Positions 18,467 through 28,400 of a stretch of DNA of 36,614 nt are shown piece after piece (the stretch's first letter is position 1; each line of letters opens with the position of its first letter). A model generated the notes under the pieces. The model was not told where the DNA came from and made no database searches. It saw only the letters and a list, made by a program, of their open reading frames with translations. The stretch is from positions 30,914 through 67,527 of the forward strand of contig JBFXLI010000003.1 in the NCBI GenBank assembly GCA_050187915.1, given 5' to 3'. Origin of the DNA: Candidatus Woesearchaeota archaeon (GTDB lineage: Archaea > Nanobdellota > Nanobdellia > Woesearchaeales > SKGA01). The position numbers and the translations under genes are program-made.

Positions 18467-19051
18467 TTATTTAAATTTTGAAAAAAATCCTGTTTTTTTA
18501 GGAGGTTGATTTATTGGAGGCATATCTGAATCCATTGGAGGAAAATCTAAAGACATATTTGATAAATTTTCATCACTTGGTTCATTTGAAACATTTTCAT
18601 TTGGATTTTTCATATTTTGTAAATCTTTTGGAGATTTAGTATTTTGCTCTTGATTATTTTGTTGTGTAATTGGTTGTGTATGTGTAGGAGCAGAATTCAT
18701 TACAGGTTGATTTTGTACTTTTTCAATTAAATCATTTAATAATTCTGTTTGTTTTTGAACTAATTGAGCAACACTTAAAATTCCTTTAGCTATTTCTTCA
18801 TTTTGTGAAGATATATTATCAAAACTTCCTCTAATTGAATTTGATTTAAATTCTTCAGCCATTTCTTGATTTGTAGTTGTAAAAATGTTATTCATATGAT
18901 TTATAGTTTCAGTTAATTTATGTACTGCATCTACTAAATCTGTACCTTCATAATGCTTACCTAAAGGATTCTTTTTTATCTCAGAAACTTCTTGCCTTAA
19001 TCTTTCTAATTCCTCGTGAGGAAGTATTTCGTATTCAGAACCTTCATCCAT
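18467..19051 (-). CDS. Hypothetical coiled-coil protein with disordered Pro/Gln/Asn-rich tail
   Basis: GAGGT SD; YEILPHEELERLRQEV N-terminus; C-terminal KKTGFFSKFK. Confidence 0.75.
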   Translation of the reverse strand: MDEGSEYEILPHEELERLRQEVSEIKKNPLGKHYEGTDLVDAVHKLTETINHMNNIFTTTNQEMAEEFKSNSIRGSFDNISSQNEEIAKGILSVAQLVQKQTELLNDLIEKVQNQPVMNSAPTHTQPITQQNNQEQNTKSPKDLQNMKNPNENVSNEPSDENLSNMSLDFPPMDSDMPPINQPPKKTGFFSKFK

Positions 19052-19220
19052 TATGTCTACCTCTTTTAAATGTCTTGTAATTATTTTAATTAAAAGAGTA
19101 TTTAAATATTACGCTTTAAAAGCAATAAAATTAAAAAATATAAAAAAATTATTAATTATTTAAAAGTTATTTAAAAGTAATTCAAAAAGATATTTAAACA
19201 AGATAAGATTTTCAATTTTT

Positions 19221-20825
19221 ATGACAAGCAACAAGCAAAACAATCAAAATTTTCTTCTTTCTGAAGGTTCTTCTCGAGATGTAGGCAGAACTGCTCAAAG
19301 AATGAATATTTTAGCAGCAAAACTTGTTGGTGAAACAGTAAGAACAACTTTAGGACCTCAAGGAATGGATAAAATGATTGTTAATGCTCTTGGTGAAGTT
19401 ACTATAACTAATGATGGAGCTACAATTCTTCGTGAAATGAATATTGAACATCCAACTGCAAAAATGATTGTTGAAATTGCAATAACTCAAGAAGAAGAAG
19501 TTGGTGATGGAACTACTACTGCAGTTGTTTTAGCTGGAGAATTATTAAAACAAGCTGAAAATTTATTAGAACAAAATATTCATCCAACAATTATTATTAA
19601 AGGATTTAGATTAGCTGCAAGAGAATCTGAGAAAATTCTTAATGAAATTGCTGAACATATAACTGATAAAGATAAACTTATTTTACATAAACTTGCAATG
19701 ACTTCTATGACTGGAAAAGTAGCAGAAGATGCAAAAGAACATTTGGCAAAAATTGTTGTTGGTGCAATTTCTCATTTAGAAGATTCAAATAAAATTGAAA
19801 ATATAAAAGTTGAGAAAAAAATTGGAAGTTCTGTTCACAATACTGAATTAATTGAAGGCATCGTTATAGATAAGGAAAAAATTCATCCGTCAATGCCCGG
19901 TGAGATAAACAATGCGAAAATCGCACTTATCAGTGGAGCTCTAGAAATACCTACTACTGAAACCGAGAGTAAAATATCTATAACGGATCCTTCAAAATTG
20001 CAAGAGTTTTTAGACATGGAAGAAAACATGTTGAAAAAACAAGTTGAAAAAATTATTTCTGTTGGTGCAAATGTTGTATTTTGTCAAAAAGGTGTGGATG
20101 ACGTTATTCAATATTTACTTGCAAAACAGGGAATTTATGCAACAAGAAGAGTGAAAAAATCTGACTTAGAAAAATTAAGTTCTGCTACTGGTGCTGTTGT
20201 TGTAAATAGTGTTAATGATTTACAAAAAGAACACATTGGTAGAAGTGGTTTGGTTGAAGAAGTTAAAGTTGGCGATGAAATGATGACTTTTGTTAGAAAT
20301 TGTAAAAATGCAAGAGCAGTTACAATTTTAGTTAGAGCTACAACTGAACATCTAGCTGATGAAATTAAAAGAGCTATTGATGATTCTTTAGGAAATGTGA
20401 GTTCTGCTTTAAGCAATAAATTAATTGTTGGTGGAGCAGGCGCTTCCGAAATTGAATTATCAAAACAACTTAAAAAATTCGCAGAAAGTTTAGATGGAAA
20501 AGAAAGACTTGCAGTTCTTAGTTACGCTGATGCTATGGAAATTATTCCAAGAACTTTGGCTGAAAATGCTGGACTTGATCCTGTTGATGTTATTTCTGAT
20601 TTAAATGCTGCTCATGACAAAGGAAACAAATGGGCAGGACTTAATGTTTTTAGTGGAAAACATTTAAATTCTTTAAAAGAAGGCATTGTTGAACCTTTGA
20701 AAGTTAAAACTCAAGCATTAACTAGTGCGTCTGAAGTTGCTGTTTTAATTTTAAGAATTGATGATATAATTGTTGCTGGAGCAGATAATTCTCCTGTTAG
20801 ACAAAATCCAAGCGATGAATTTTAA
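19221..20825 (+). CDS. ths: Thermosome (group II chaperonin) subunit
   Basis: [41 protein letters not shown] and ILRIDD motifs. Confidence 0.97.
   Translation: MTSNKQNNQNFLLSEGSSRDVGRTAQRMNILAAKLVGETVRTTLGPQGMDKMIVNALGEVTITNDGATILREMNIEHPTAKMIVEIAITQEEEVGDGTTTAVVLAGELLKQAENLLEQNIHPTIIIKGFRLAARESEKILNEIAEHITDKDKLILHKLAMTSMTGKVAEDAKEHLAKIVVGAISHLEDSNKIENIKVEKKIGSSVHNTELIEGIVIDKEKIHPSMPGEINNAKIALISGALEIPTTETESKISITDPSKLQEFLDMEENMLKKQVEKIISVGANVVFCQKGVDDVIQYLLAKQGIYATRRVKKSDLEKLSSATGAVVVNSVNDLQKEHIGRSGLVEEVKVGDEMMTFVRNCKNARAVTILVRATTEHLADEIKRAIDDSLGNVSSALSNKLIVGGAGASEIELSKQLKKFAESLDGKERLAVLSYADAMEIIPRTLAENAGLDPVDVISDLNAAHDKGNKWAGLNVFSGKHLNSLKEGIVEPLKVKTQALTSASEVAVLILRIDDIIVAGADNSPVRQNPSDEF
19852..19995 (+). 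other. Structured RNA/DNA element embedded in the thermosome CDS
   Basis: 19852-19872 is complementary to 19975-19995 (11 WC + 1 GU, a 2x2 loop, then 7 WC), enclosing internal hairpins; codon use is locally atypical. Confidence 0.65.
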
Positions 20826-20847
20826 ATAATTTCAAATAATTTATTTC

Positions 20848-21264
20848 TTACTTCTTCAAATTTAAATTTTTCATCAATTTTTTTTTGAATTTAAATATTT
20901 TTTGTATTATTTTCTTTCCTTGTTGAAAATCAATTTTAGTTCCATAATAATTTATTCCATTTCTTTTTTTTCTTATTTCATCAAAAAAAACATAATCAAA
21001 ATCAATAATAATTTCTTTCAATAATGCTCCAATGCAAATATGTGAAATAACTTTATAGCATTTAAATAGACATATTGCTTCCAACAATTCTCTTAAAGAA
21101 TCATATGCTAAAGAAACAAAAACAGATATATTTCTATCAGTTATGATGGATTGTTTAACAACTTCTTCTTTTAAATCAGAAATTTCAATTAAAGAATTTA
21201 CTTTATCTTCATTAAAATTAATTTTAATTATTTGTTGTTTTTTGAAACATTCAGTTAAATCCAT
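20848..21264 (-). CDS. HEPN-like protein (pair 3)
   Basis: AYDSLRELLEA, SH.C and RKKRNGINYYG motifs; clearly related to 6676-7131. Confidence 0.75.
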   Translation of the reverse strand: MDLTECFKKQQIIKINFNEDKVNSLIEISDLKEEVVKQSIITDRNISVFVSLAYDSLRELLEAICLFKCYKVISHICIGALLKEIIIDFDYVFFDEIRKKRNGINYYGTKIDFQQGKKIIQKIFKFKKKLMKNLNLKK

Positions 21265-21778
21265 TTATTCCACCTTGAATATTAATACCATTCAAGATGT
21301 TGTTAATTAAATGTTTGTTAGGAATTTCGGAAATTTTCCGAATATTAAATATTTGTAATTCTTTATTTAAAATTTTTTCAAATTCTTTCAATTTAGGAAA
21401 TTCTTTAGTTTTTTCTGAAATTATTACTAAATCAATATCGCTTGTTTCTATGTCTTCTCCTTTAGAACATGAACCGAATAAAATTATTGTTGGATGCAAA
21501 TAAAATTTATTTATTTCATTAATTAAATTTGATATTTTTAATTTTCGTATGTTGTAATATATTTTAATATCTTTATATTCTTCTGAATTGAAATTTGCTT
21601 GATATAAATGATAAATTCGTTCTTTTTTATAAGACAAAATATTTTTTTCAACAAGTTCTTTTAATTCCTTGCTTGCTGTTGCTGGAGAAATTTTTAAAAT
21701 TCTAGCTATTTCTCTTACATTAAATTCTCTTCTTGGTTCTTCGAAGAAAAGTTTTAAAATGTTTAATTCTTTGAACAT
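21251..21778 (-). CDS. wHTH + minimal nucleotidyltransferase (pair 3)
   Basis: FFEEP.REFNVREIAR.LKISPATASK.L HTH and ILFGSCSKGED...SDIDLV motif. Confidence 0.88.
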   Translation of the reverse strand: MFKELNILKLFFEEPRREFNVREIARILKISPATASKELKELVEKNILSYKKERIYHLYQANFNSEEYKDIKIYYNIRKLKISNLINEINKFYLHPTIILFGSCSKGEDIETSDIDLVIISEKTKEFPKLKEFEKILNKELQIFNIRKISEIPNKHLINNILNGINIQGGINGFN

Positions 21779-21865
21779 ATGTTTAATAAAATAAACACTT
21801 ATTTATATTTGTTTCGTTTGTTAGTTAATTAAATTATAATCTCTGAGAATATATTTAGAATAAAA

Positions 21866-21942
21866 TGGCGCCACGACCCGGATTGTTAATCATTTATGAT
21901 TAACCAACGAACGAAGTAAAGCGAAGTGACTATGTGAACCGG
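21866..21942 (-). pseudogene. Duplicated 3' end of tRNA-Ser, interrupted in the T-loop by a 50-nt insertion
   Basis: 21866-21884 equals 21989-22007; TGAACCGG resumes at 21935-21942 after insert 21885-21934. Confidence 0.8.
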
Positions 21943-21988
21943 AGGTTCAAATCCCCATCTAAACGAACACACTCAGTTAGAAAATAAA

Positions 21989-22073
21989 TGGCGCCACGAC
22001 CCGGATTTGAACCGGGAATTCCAAAGGAACCAGCTCTCAAGGCTAGCGCAATACCGGGTTATGCGATCGTGGC
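21989..22073 (-). tRNA. tRNA-Ser(TGA), CCA encoded
   Basis: Acceptor GCCACGA/TCGTGGC, anticodon arm CTAGC-CTTGAGA-GCTGG, long variable arm TTCC-TTT-GGAA, T-arm CCCGG-TTCAAAT-CCGGG, discriminator G then CCA. Confidence 0.95.
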
Positions 22074-22148
22074 ATGAATGTAATGAATGATACGAACGCG
22101 ACCGAAGGGATTTTCACTTCGAGTATGCGATCGTGGCATGAATGTAAT
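22060..22148. repeat. 25-bp direct repeat of the tRNA 5' end plus leader, around a 39-nt spacer
   Basis: TATGCGATCGTGGCATGAATGTAAT occurs at 22060-22084 and 22124-22148. Confidence 0.95.
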
Positions 22149-22212
22149 TAGAAGAAAGGATAAGAATATTCTTTTTAAACTTAACGGGAATTTGTTACAT
22201 TTAAGAAAAAAA

Positions 22213-22419
22213 TTAAGGAAAATATCTAAATTCCCTCATTCCGGAATAAGGTTTTAGCTTAGATTGTTCCAACACAAGTGTGTCACAACTAGTGCATTTA
22301 TATGTTTCTTCCTTTACGAAAGCATATTCTAAACTAGAAATTTTTTCAAACTTAGGTTTGACACATGAACAAACTTTTTCAGACTTTGAAGTAAAATATT
22401 TTTTTAGGAAATCAAACAT
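22213..22419 (-). CDS. Small putative zinc-ribbon protein
   Basis: CSC...YKCTSC motif; TATA ~20-28 nt upstream. Confidence 0.6.
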   Translation of the reverse strand: MFDFLKKYFTSKSEKVCSCVKPKFEKISSLEYAFVKEETYKCTSCDTLVLEQSKLKPYSGMREFRYFP

Positions 22420-22554
22420 AAAATTGCATTCTTAGACTCATTTATAAACTTTAGTAATAAGTGATTACAAGTAAGTTTTATAAATCAAATAAAAGTTTGC
22501 TTTTTATGAATAATTTGAAATATTTTGATTTGATAATATATAAATTAGAACATA

Positions 22555-22995
22555 GTGATTAATATGGAATTTGGAAAAAACGAAACAGAAAGTTCAATTA
22601 TTTTTGAAGGTAAACAAGGTAAAGAAGTTTTTCGTTCAGAAAGTCTACCTATCTTAGGAGAAAAAATATTTATAGAAACTGAACAACAAACAGGTATTGG
22701 TAAAGTTTATTTAGATGAAACTAAAACTCAACAAATTGGAGAATTAAAAAATCCTTTAAATCATAAGAAAGGTGTTTGCTATGAAGTTTATAAAACTATA
22801 ACTAAGAAAGTTGGGAAGGAAGAAATTTTAGAAAATAAACTTTTAGGATGGCATTGTCTTCATATGACTTGCGAATATCAAAGAACTTTAAAACCTGGAA
22901 TTTGTTATAATGATAGAACTGGAAATTTGAAAAAAAGTACTCCAACTGAATTTAATAATGCTTTTGAATTAATTGTTGATAATTATAAAAAATAA
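22555..22995 (+). CDS. Hypothetical protein
   Basis: 146-aa ORF (the start may be ATG 22564) with several Cys/His; no family recognised. Confidence 0.6.
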   Translation: MINMEFGKNETESSIIFEGKQGKEVFRSESLPILGEKIFIETEQQTGIGKVYLDETKTQQIGELKNPLNHKKGVCYEVYKTITKKVGKEEILENKLLGWHCLHMTCEYQRTLKPGICYNDRTGNLKKSTPTEFNNAFELIVDNYKK

Positions 22996-23008
22996 AAGGG
23001 TAATTTGA

Positions 23009-25279
23009 TTGAATAGAAATAATGATGCTAATGAAAAAATGTTTTTGAGTTTGGAAGAATTATCTGAAGAAGATGTTTTAACTGAAATGGATGAAATTTC
23101 AGATATAAATTTTGTTAAAAAATCTAAAATAAATAATAATAACGAAGTAAATTATGATAAGTATAAACAAGTAAATTTAATCAATAGCCGTAATGAAGAA
23201 AAAATTAATTCTGGTGATGTTGTAGATGTTTCTTTTGAAGGACAAATTTATTTATTTAAAAAATATAATAATGACACAATTTTAGGTATTAGAAGAACTG
23301 AATTTAGAACTACAATTATAGATAGAAATGCCAATTTAGTTGCTACTTTTGAAAATGAAGTAACTTCTTTAGATAATTGGAGCTATAATATTTGGGATGC
23401 TAAAGATAAAGAAATTGGTTGTTATTGTAGAAAACATCTTTGTAGTGAATTTCATTGTGGTGAATTTGATTTACAAGAGAGAAAATTTGTTCGTAAAACT
23501 AGAAATCCTATTGATTATGTTGTTGATTTATATGATGAATTAAAGAAAAATAATAGATTAGTTTTTTTAGAAGTACGAAAAGAAGAAGTTGAAGAAATTA
23601 AAGAACAAGTAAAAGAAAAGAAAGTTAAAATTCGTCCTCTTAAAAAAGGTCCTAGAGGATTAGAGTATTGTATTGAAAAAGTTCCAATGCCTGAGCAAGA
23701 TAGATTATCTTTAGAAAAAGAAAGAGAAATGCTAGCTCAAGAAGAAAAAATTAGAAAAGAAAAAGAACAATTAAAAAATGTTGAAGAAGATGTTGAAGAA
23801 GAAACTAAAAAACCTGTTTATATTATACATAAATCTCAAACTGAAATATATATTGAAAATTTAGCAAAACAAAGAGAAAATAGAAATATTAATTTTGTTT
23901 TTGAAGATATTGAAATTGAAGAAAATAATTTAGAAGATAATGTTGAAAAAAATTTTAAAAATAAAAAAATTTATGAGGAGATAAAAATGAACGAAAATCG
24001 AAGAAATAGAGAAACTATTTTAAATGAACTTGTTGGTTTATACCTTTCAATAGGTCCAATTACTACAGCTGAAGATTTGAAAAAATCTCAAGATAGCTTG
24101 AAAGATAAAAAAAGTTTAACGCATGCATTTGATGAGGCAATTCAAGATATTTATACACAAATGGGAAAAAGTCCTGACTCTAGAATATGGAGTGTTGGTA
24201 TAGATTTAGAAGTAATAAAAACTACTTTGGATTTAGAAATTCTTAAAGATTCAGTTAAATGTGTGAAAAATTATTTTAATGAAATTGGTTTTAAATCTGA
24301 AATAAGTGAAATAAAAACAAATGATAAAAAAATTAATGATACTTATAAAATAATTTCTGTTTTTCATCCTGACTTAAAATCTTTAGAAGATAAAGTTGTT
24401 GCTCCCGTAACAAGTCATACAAATGATTTTGAAGCAGAGGAAGTTCCTAAGCAAACTGAACGTCAGTATAAATCTGAAATAAATTATTCTGAAAGAAAGA
24501 AAGCTATCTTGAGTATGATACAAGAACAAGGAGAAGTAATGCAAAATGATGTTGTTGAAAAAATTCGAGAAAAATATAATGTTTCTGAATTTACTGCGGT
24601 AAAAGATTTAAAGAGAATGACGGAAGAAAAAGACATTATACGAACACCTATGCCTGGAAAGGGAAAACCTCTAAAAATAGGAATATATAATTCTAATAAT
24701 ATTTCTCTTGATGATGAAAAATATATGACTTATGTAAAAGAAATAAAACATATTATTGATTCAGGGATTAAAAGTCAAAAAAGAATCTTAGAAATAATTG
24801 AACAAAATAGAGATATAACAAGTAAAGAATTAGATTATGTTGTTAAAAGAGCTGATAAAGAAGGTTATTTATTTAGAATGAATGGTCAGGGATTCAATGA
24901 AATGGTTACTACAATTACTCATGGTCCAAAAAAGATTGAAAGTTTAGATGAAGATGATAAACAAATAGGAGATATAGGAAACCCAAATTCAAATTCAAAT
25001 ATTCATAAAAGAAGTTATCATGCAAGAAAAAAGACTGATGGATTAAATGATGTTGATAAATTAATTTTAGAAACTGTAAAAGAACATTCAGGTCAAAAAA
25101 ATATAAATCAAATTTATAAAATATTAACAGATACTATGACTAGTAACAATGAAAAACCTGTTGTTCAACAAACTTTAAGAAATAGATTAAATATATTTGA
25201 GAAAAATCAATATGTTGAACTTCAAAAAGTAGAAGGAAAAGAAAAAGAAAAAGTTGTTATATACAAAGGAGGATTATAA
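23009..25279 (+). CDS. Large hypothetical protein with C-terminal tandem wHTH-like domains
   Basis: 756-aa ORF; CYCRKHLC...HC cluster, charged linker and two or three helix-turn-helix-wing-like segments. Confidence 0.65.
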   Translation: MNRNNDANEKMFLSLEELSEEDVLTEMDEISDINFVKKSKINNNNEVNYDKYKQVNLINSRNEEKINSGDVVDVSFEGQIYLFKKYNNDTILGIRRTEFRTTIIDRNANLVATFENEVTSLDNWSYNIWDAKDKEIGCYCRKHLCSEFHCGEFDLQERKFVRKTRNPIDYVVDLYDELKKNNRLVFLEVRKEEVEEIKEQVKEKKVKIRPLKKGPRGLEYCIEKVPMPEQDRLSLEKEREMLAQEEKIRKEKEQLKNVEEDVEEETKKPVYIIHKSQTEIYIENLAKQRENRNINFVFEDIEIEENNLEDNVEKNFKNKKIYEEIKMNENRRNRETILNELVGLYLSIGPITTAEDLKKSQDSLKDKKSLTHAFDEAIQDIYTQMGKSPDSRIWSVGIDLEVIKTTLDLEILKDSVKCVKNYFNEIGFKSEISEIKTNDKKINDTYKIISVFHPDLKSLEDKVVAPVTSHTNDFEAEEVPKQTERQYKSEINYSERKKAILSMIQEQGEVMQNDVVEKIREKYNVSEFTAVKDLKRMTEEKDIIRTPMPGKGKPLKIGIYNSNNISLDDEKYMTYVKEIKHIIDSGIKSQKRILEIIEQNRDITSKELDYVVKRADKEGYLFRMNGQGFNEMVTTITHGPKKIESLDEDDKQIGDIGNPNSNSNIHKRSYHARKKTDGLNDVDKLILETVKEHSGQKNINQIYKILTDTMTSNNEKPVVQQTLRNRLNIFEKNQYVELQKVEGKEKEKVVIYKGGL

Positions 25280-25280
25280 A

Positions 25281-25478
25281 TTATTTTATTTTTTTTTCTG
25301 TTACTGTTATTGCATCTGTTGGACAAGAACCTTCACAAGCTCGACAACCAACACAGTTTTTTTCATTTACTGGTTCTGATTTTCCATCTTTCATTACAAA
25401 TACGCCTTGTGGACATACTTGTGTACATGTTTGACATCCTATACACTTATTTTTATCTACTTTTACACTAAATCCCAT
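25281..25478 (-). CDS. 2[4Fe-4S] ferredoxin
   Basis: Two CxxCxxCxxxCP motifs; directly downstream of PFOR. Confidence 0.93.
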   Translation of the reverse strand: MGFSVKVDKNKCIGCQTCTQVCPQGVFVMKDGKSEPVNEKNCVGCRACEGSCPTDAITVTEKKIK

Positions 25479-25488
25479 TTTTTAAACC

Positions 25489-28400
25489 TCATTTATTTTG
25501 AAAATTTTTTATCATCTTTTCTCTGAATTCATTATCTAATTTTGCTAACGAAATTAATTTTTCAGCTTGATTTGGATTTGTTCTTTTAAGAATATTATAT
25601 CTATTTTGTTCTGCAACATAATCTTTGAATTCTATAGAATTTTCTGGGCTATCCCAAGTTAGTGGGTTTTCTAATTTTGGATTGTATCTATATAATGGCC
25701 AATAGCCTGATGCAGTTGCATCTTTAGAAACTTTTTCTGCATCTTCCATATTTAATCCATGATTTATACAATTTGAATAAGCAATTATTATTGATGGTCC
25801 GTCATATTCTTCTGCTTCTTTTATTGCTTTTATTGCTTGAATTTTATTTGCATCTATATTTATTGAAGCTATGTAAACATTTCCGTAGGACATCATCATC
25901 AAACCTAGATTTTTCTTTGGTTGTTCTTTTCCTGAAATTGCAAATTTTGCTGTTGCTCCTCTTGGTGTTGATTTTGAACATTGTCCTCCTGTGTTTGCGT
26001 ATTGTTCGTTATCTAAAATTAAAATATTAACATTTTCCTTTTGTGATGCCACATGATCTAAGCCACCAAATCCTATATCATAAGCCCAACCATCTCCTCC
26101 TATTATCCAAACACTTTTTTCCATTAAATAATTTTGTTGTTGAATTATTTGTTTTAATATTGGTTCGCTTTCACCATAAACTTCTTTTGATGCTATTTGT
26201 AATTGTTTTTTTATTTCTTGAACTAATTTTTTTGTTTCATCGTTTGTTTTATTGTAATTTTGTAGTAATTTTTCTAATAATTCTTTTAATTCCTTTGTTG
26301 TTCCTATTTCAATTAATTTTTTTATTTTTTCTTTCAATGAATTTCTTATTTGATTTATTGCTATTCTCATTCCGAAACCATATTCTGCGTTATCTTCGAA
26401 CAATGAATTTGCCCAAGCAGGTCCTTCTCCATTTTTATTTACTGAAAATGGTATTGTTGGAAATGTTCCTCCATATATTGATGAACAACCTGTTGCATTT
26501 GCAATTATCATTCTATCTCCAAAGAATTGTGTTACTAATTTTATGTAAGGTGTTTCTCCACATCCTGAACAGGCTCCTGAAAATTCAAAAAATGGTTTTC
26601 TTAGTTGACTTTCTTTTATTGTGTTTGGAATTGCGCCATCTAAAATATTATCTGGTAAGTTATCAAAGAATTTTTCATTTTCTGATTCATTGTTTTTAAA
26701 AGCTTCTTCTATACTTATCATTCTTAATGCACCTGTTGGACATTGTTTTACACAATGAGTACAACCTGTACAATCTTCTGGATAAACTTGAACTTTAAAT
26801 TTTAAATCATTTTGATTTTTTACATCTAATGTTTCAAATGTTTTTGGTGAATTTTCTAAATCTTTTGAATGTATTTGTTTTGTTCTTATTGCTGCATGTG
26901 GGCAAACGAATGAACACATTCCGCATTGTATGCATTTTGATTTATCCCATACTGGAACCATATCCGTTGCACATCTTTTTTCAAGTCTTGTTGTATTTGT
27001 TGGTATTGTTCCATCAAAAGACATTTGAGAAACTGGAATTGAATTTCCTTCTAATTTCATTATTGGTAAAACTACATTTTTAGTGAATTCATCGCTATTT
27101 TCAGGAATTAGATTTTGTAACTCTAGATGTTTTGATGTTTGTTTTATTGGAACTTCATATGTTGAATTTATTGCCATATCTATTGCAGTTATGTTCATAT
27201 CTACAACTTTTTGTCCTTTTATTTCAAATGTTTTTTTAGTGTGTTCTTTTATTAATTTTAAACTTTCATCAAATGGAATTATGTTTGCTAATTTGAAAAA
27301 TGCTGTTTGCATTATAGTATTTATTCTGTTTCCAAGTCCTACTTCTTTTGCTATTTCTAATGCGTTAATTGTATAAACTTTAATATTATTTTCAATTATT
27401 TGTTTTTGCATTAATTCAGGTAAATTTTCAAATAATTCTTCAGGTTTGTAATGTGAATTAATTAAGAAAATTCCATTCTTTTTTATTCCTTTTAATATAT
27501 TATATTTTTTTATATAAGAACATTTATGAAGCGCAATTATATCTGAATTTTCTACATCATATTCTGAATTTATTTGTTTATCACTAAATCTTAAATGAGA
27601 AATTGTTACTCCTCCTGATTTTTTTGAATCATATTCAAAATGTGCTTGTATGAATTTATTTGTAGTTTCTCCAATTATTTTTATGGTGTTTTTGTTTGCA
27701 CTTACTGTTCCATCTGAACCATATCCCCAAAATTTACATTGTATTGTAGATTTATCTACTGTTGAAATTTCTTCTTTTATTGGAATTGAAAGATTTGTTA
27801 CATCATCAGTGATTCCAACTGTAAAATTGTGATGAGGTTTATCATCTAAGAAATCATAAATTGATTTTACCATTGAAGGTGTAAATTCTTTTGAAGATAA
27901 ACCATATCTTCCTCCATAAATTTCTGGTTTTAATTTTGTTGAGTTTAATGAAGTAACTACATCAAGATAAAGTGGTTCTCCTATTGAACCTGGTTCTTTT
28001 GTTCTGTCTAATACAGCAATTTTTTTAATTGTTTTTGGAATTTTATCTATAAAGTGTTTTATTGAAAATGGACGATATAAATGTATTATCAAACATCCTA
28101 ATTTTTTATCATTAAGGTAATCTAATGTTTCTTTTATTGTATCCGTACCTGAACCCATTGCAATAATTATTTTTTCTGCTGTTGGACTTCCATAATATTC
28201 AAATAATTCATATTTTCTTTTTGTTTTTTCTTCAAATAATTTCATATATTTTTCTACGATTTCTGGAGTTACATCATAGTATTTATTTACTGTTTCTCTG
28301 CCTTGAAAATAAACATCTGGATTTTGTGCTCCAACTTTTACAAATGGTTTTTCTGGATTTATTGCTCTTGATTTGAAATTTTTAATATATTCTTCATTTA

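Noticed and set aside
19852-19995. Intron in the thermosome gene
   Set aside because: The enclosed sequence encodes conserved apical-domain residues in frame, and I saw no clear bulge-helix-bulge motif.
14346-21503. ORFs 14346-14576, 16863-17057, 16955-17179, 17783-18007, 20135-20416 and 21297-21503
   Set aside because: Shadows opposite conserved genes, with composition typical of reverse frames.
20848-21884. Integrated element carrying MNT-HEPN pair 3 at tRNA-Ser
   Set aside because: The duplicated tRNA end lies between the tRNA and the cassette rather than beyond it, and there is no integrase.
22031-22045. Plus-strand TCA in the anticodon loop suggesting tRNA-Sec
   Set aside because: The cloverleaf, T-loop and CCA are on the minus strand, so the anticodon is TGA (Ser) with a canonical 7-bp acceptor stem.
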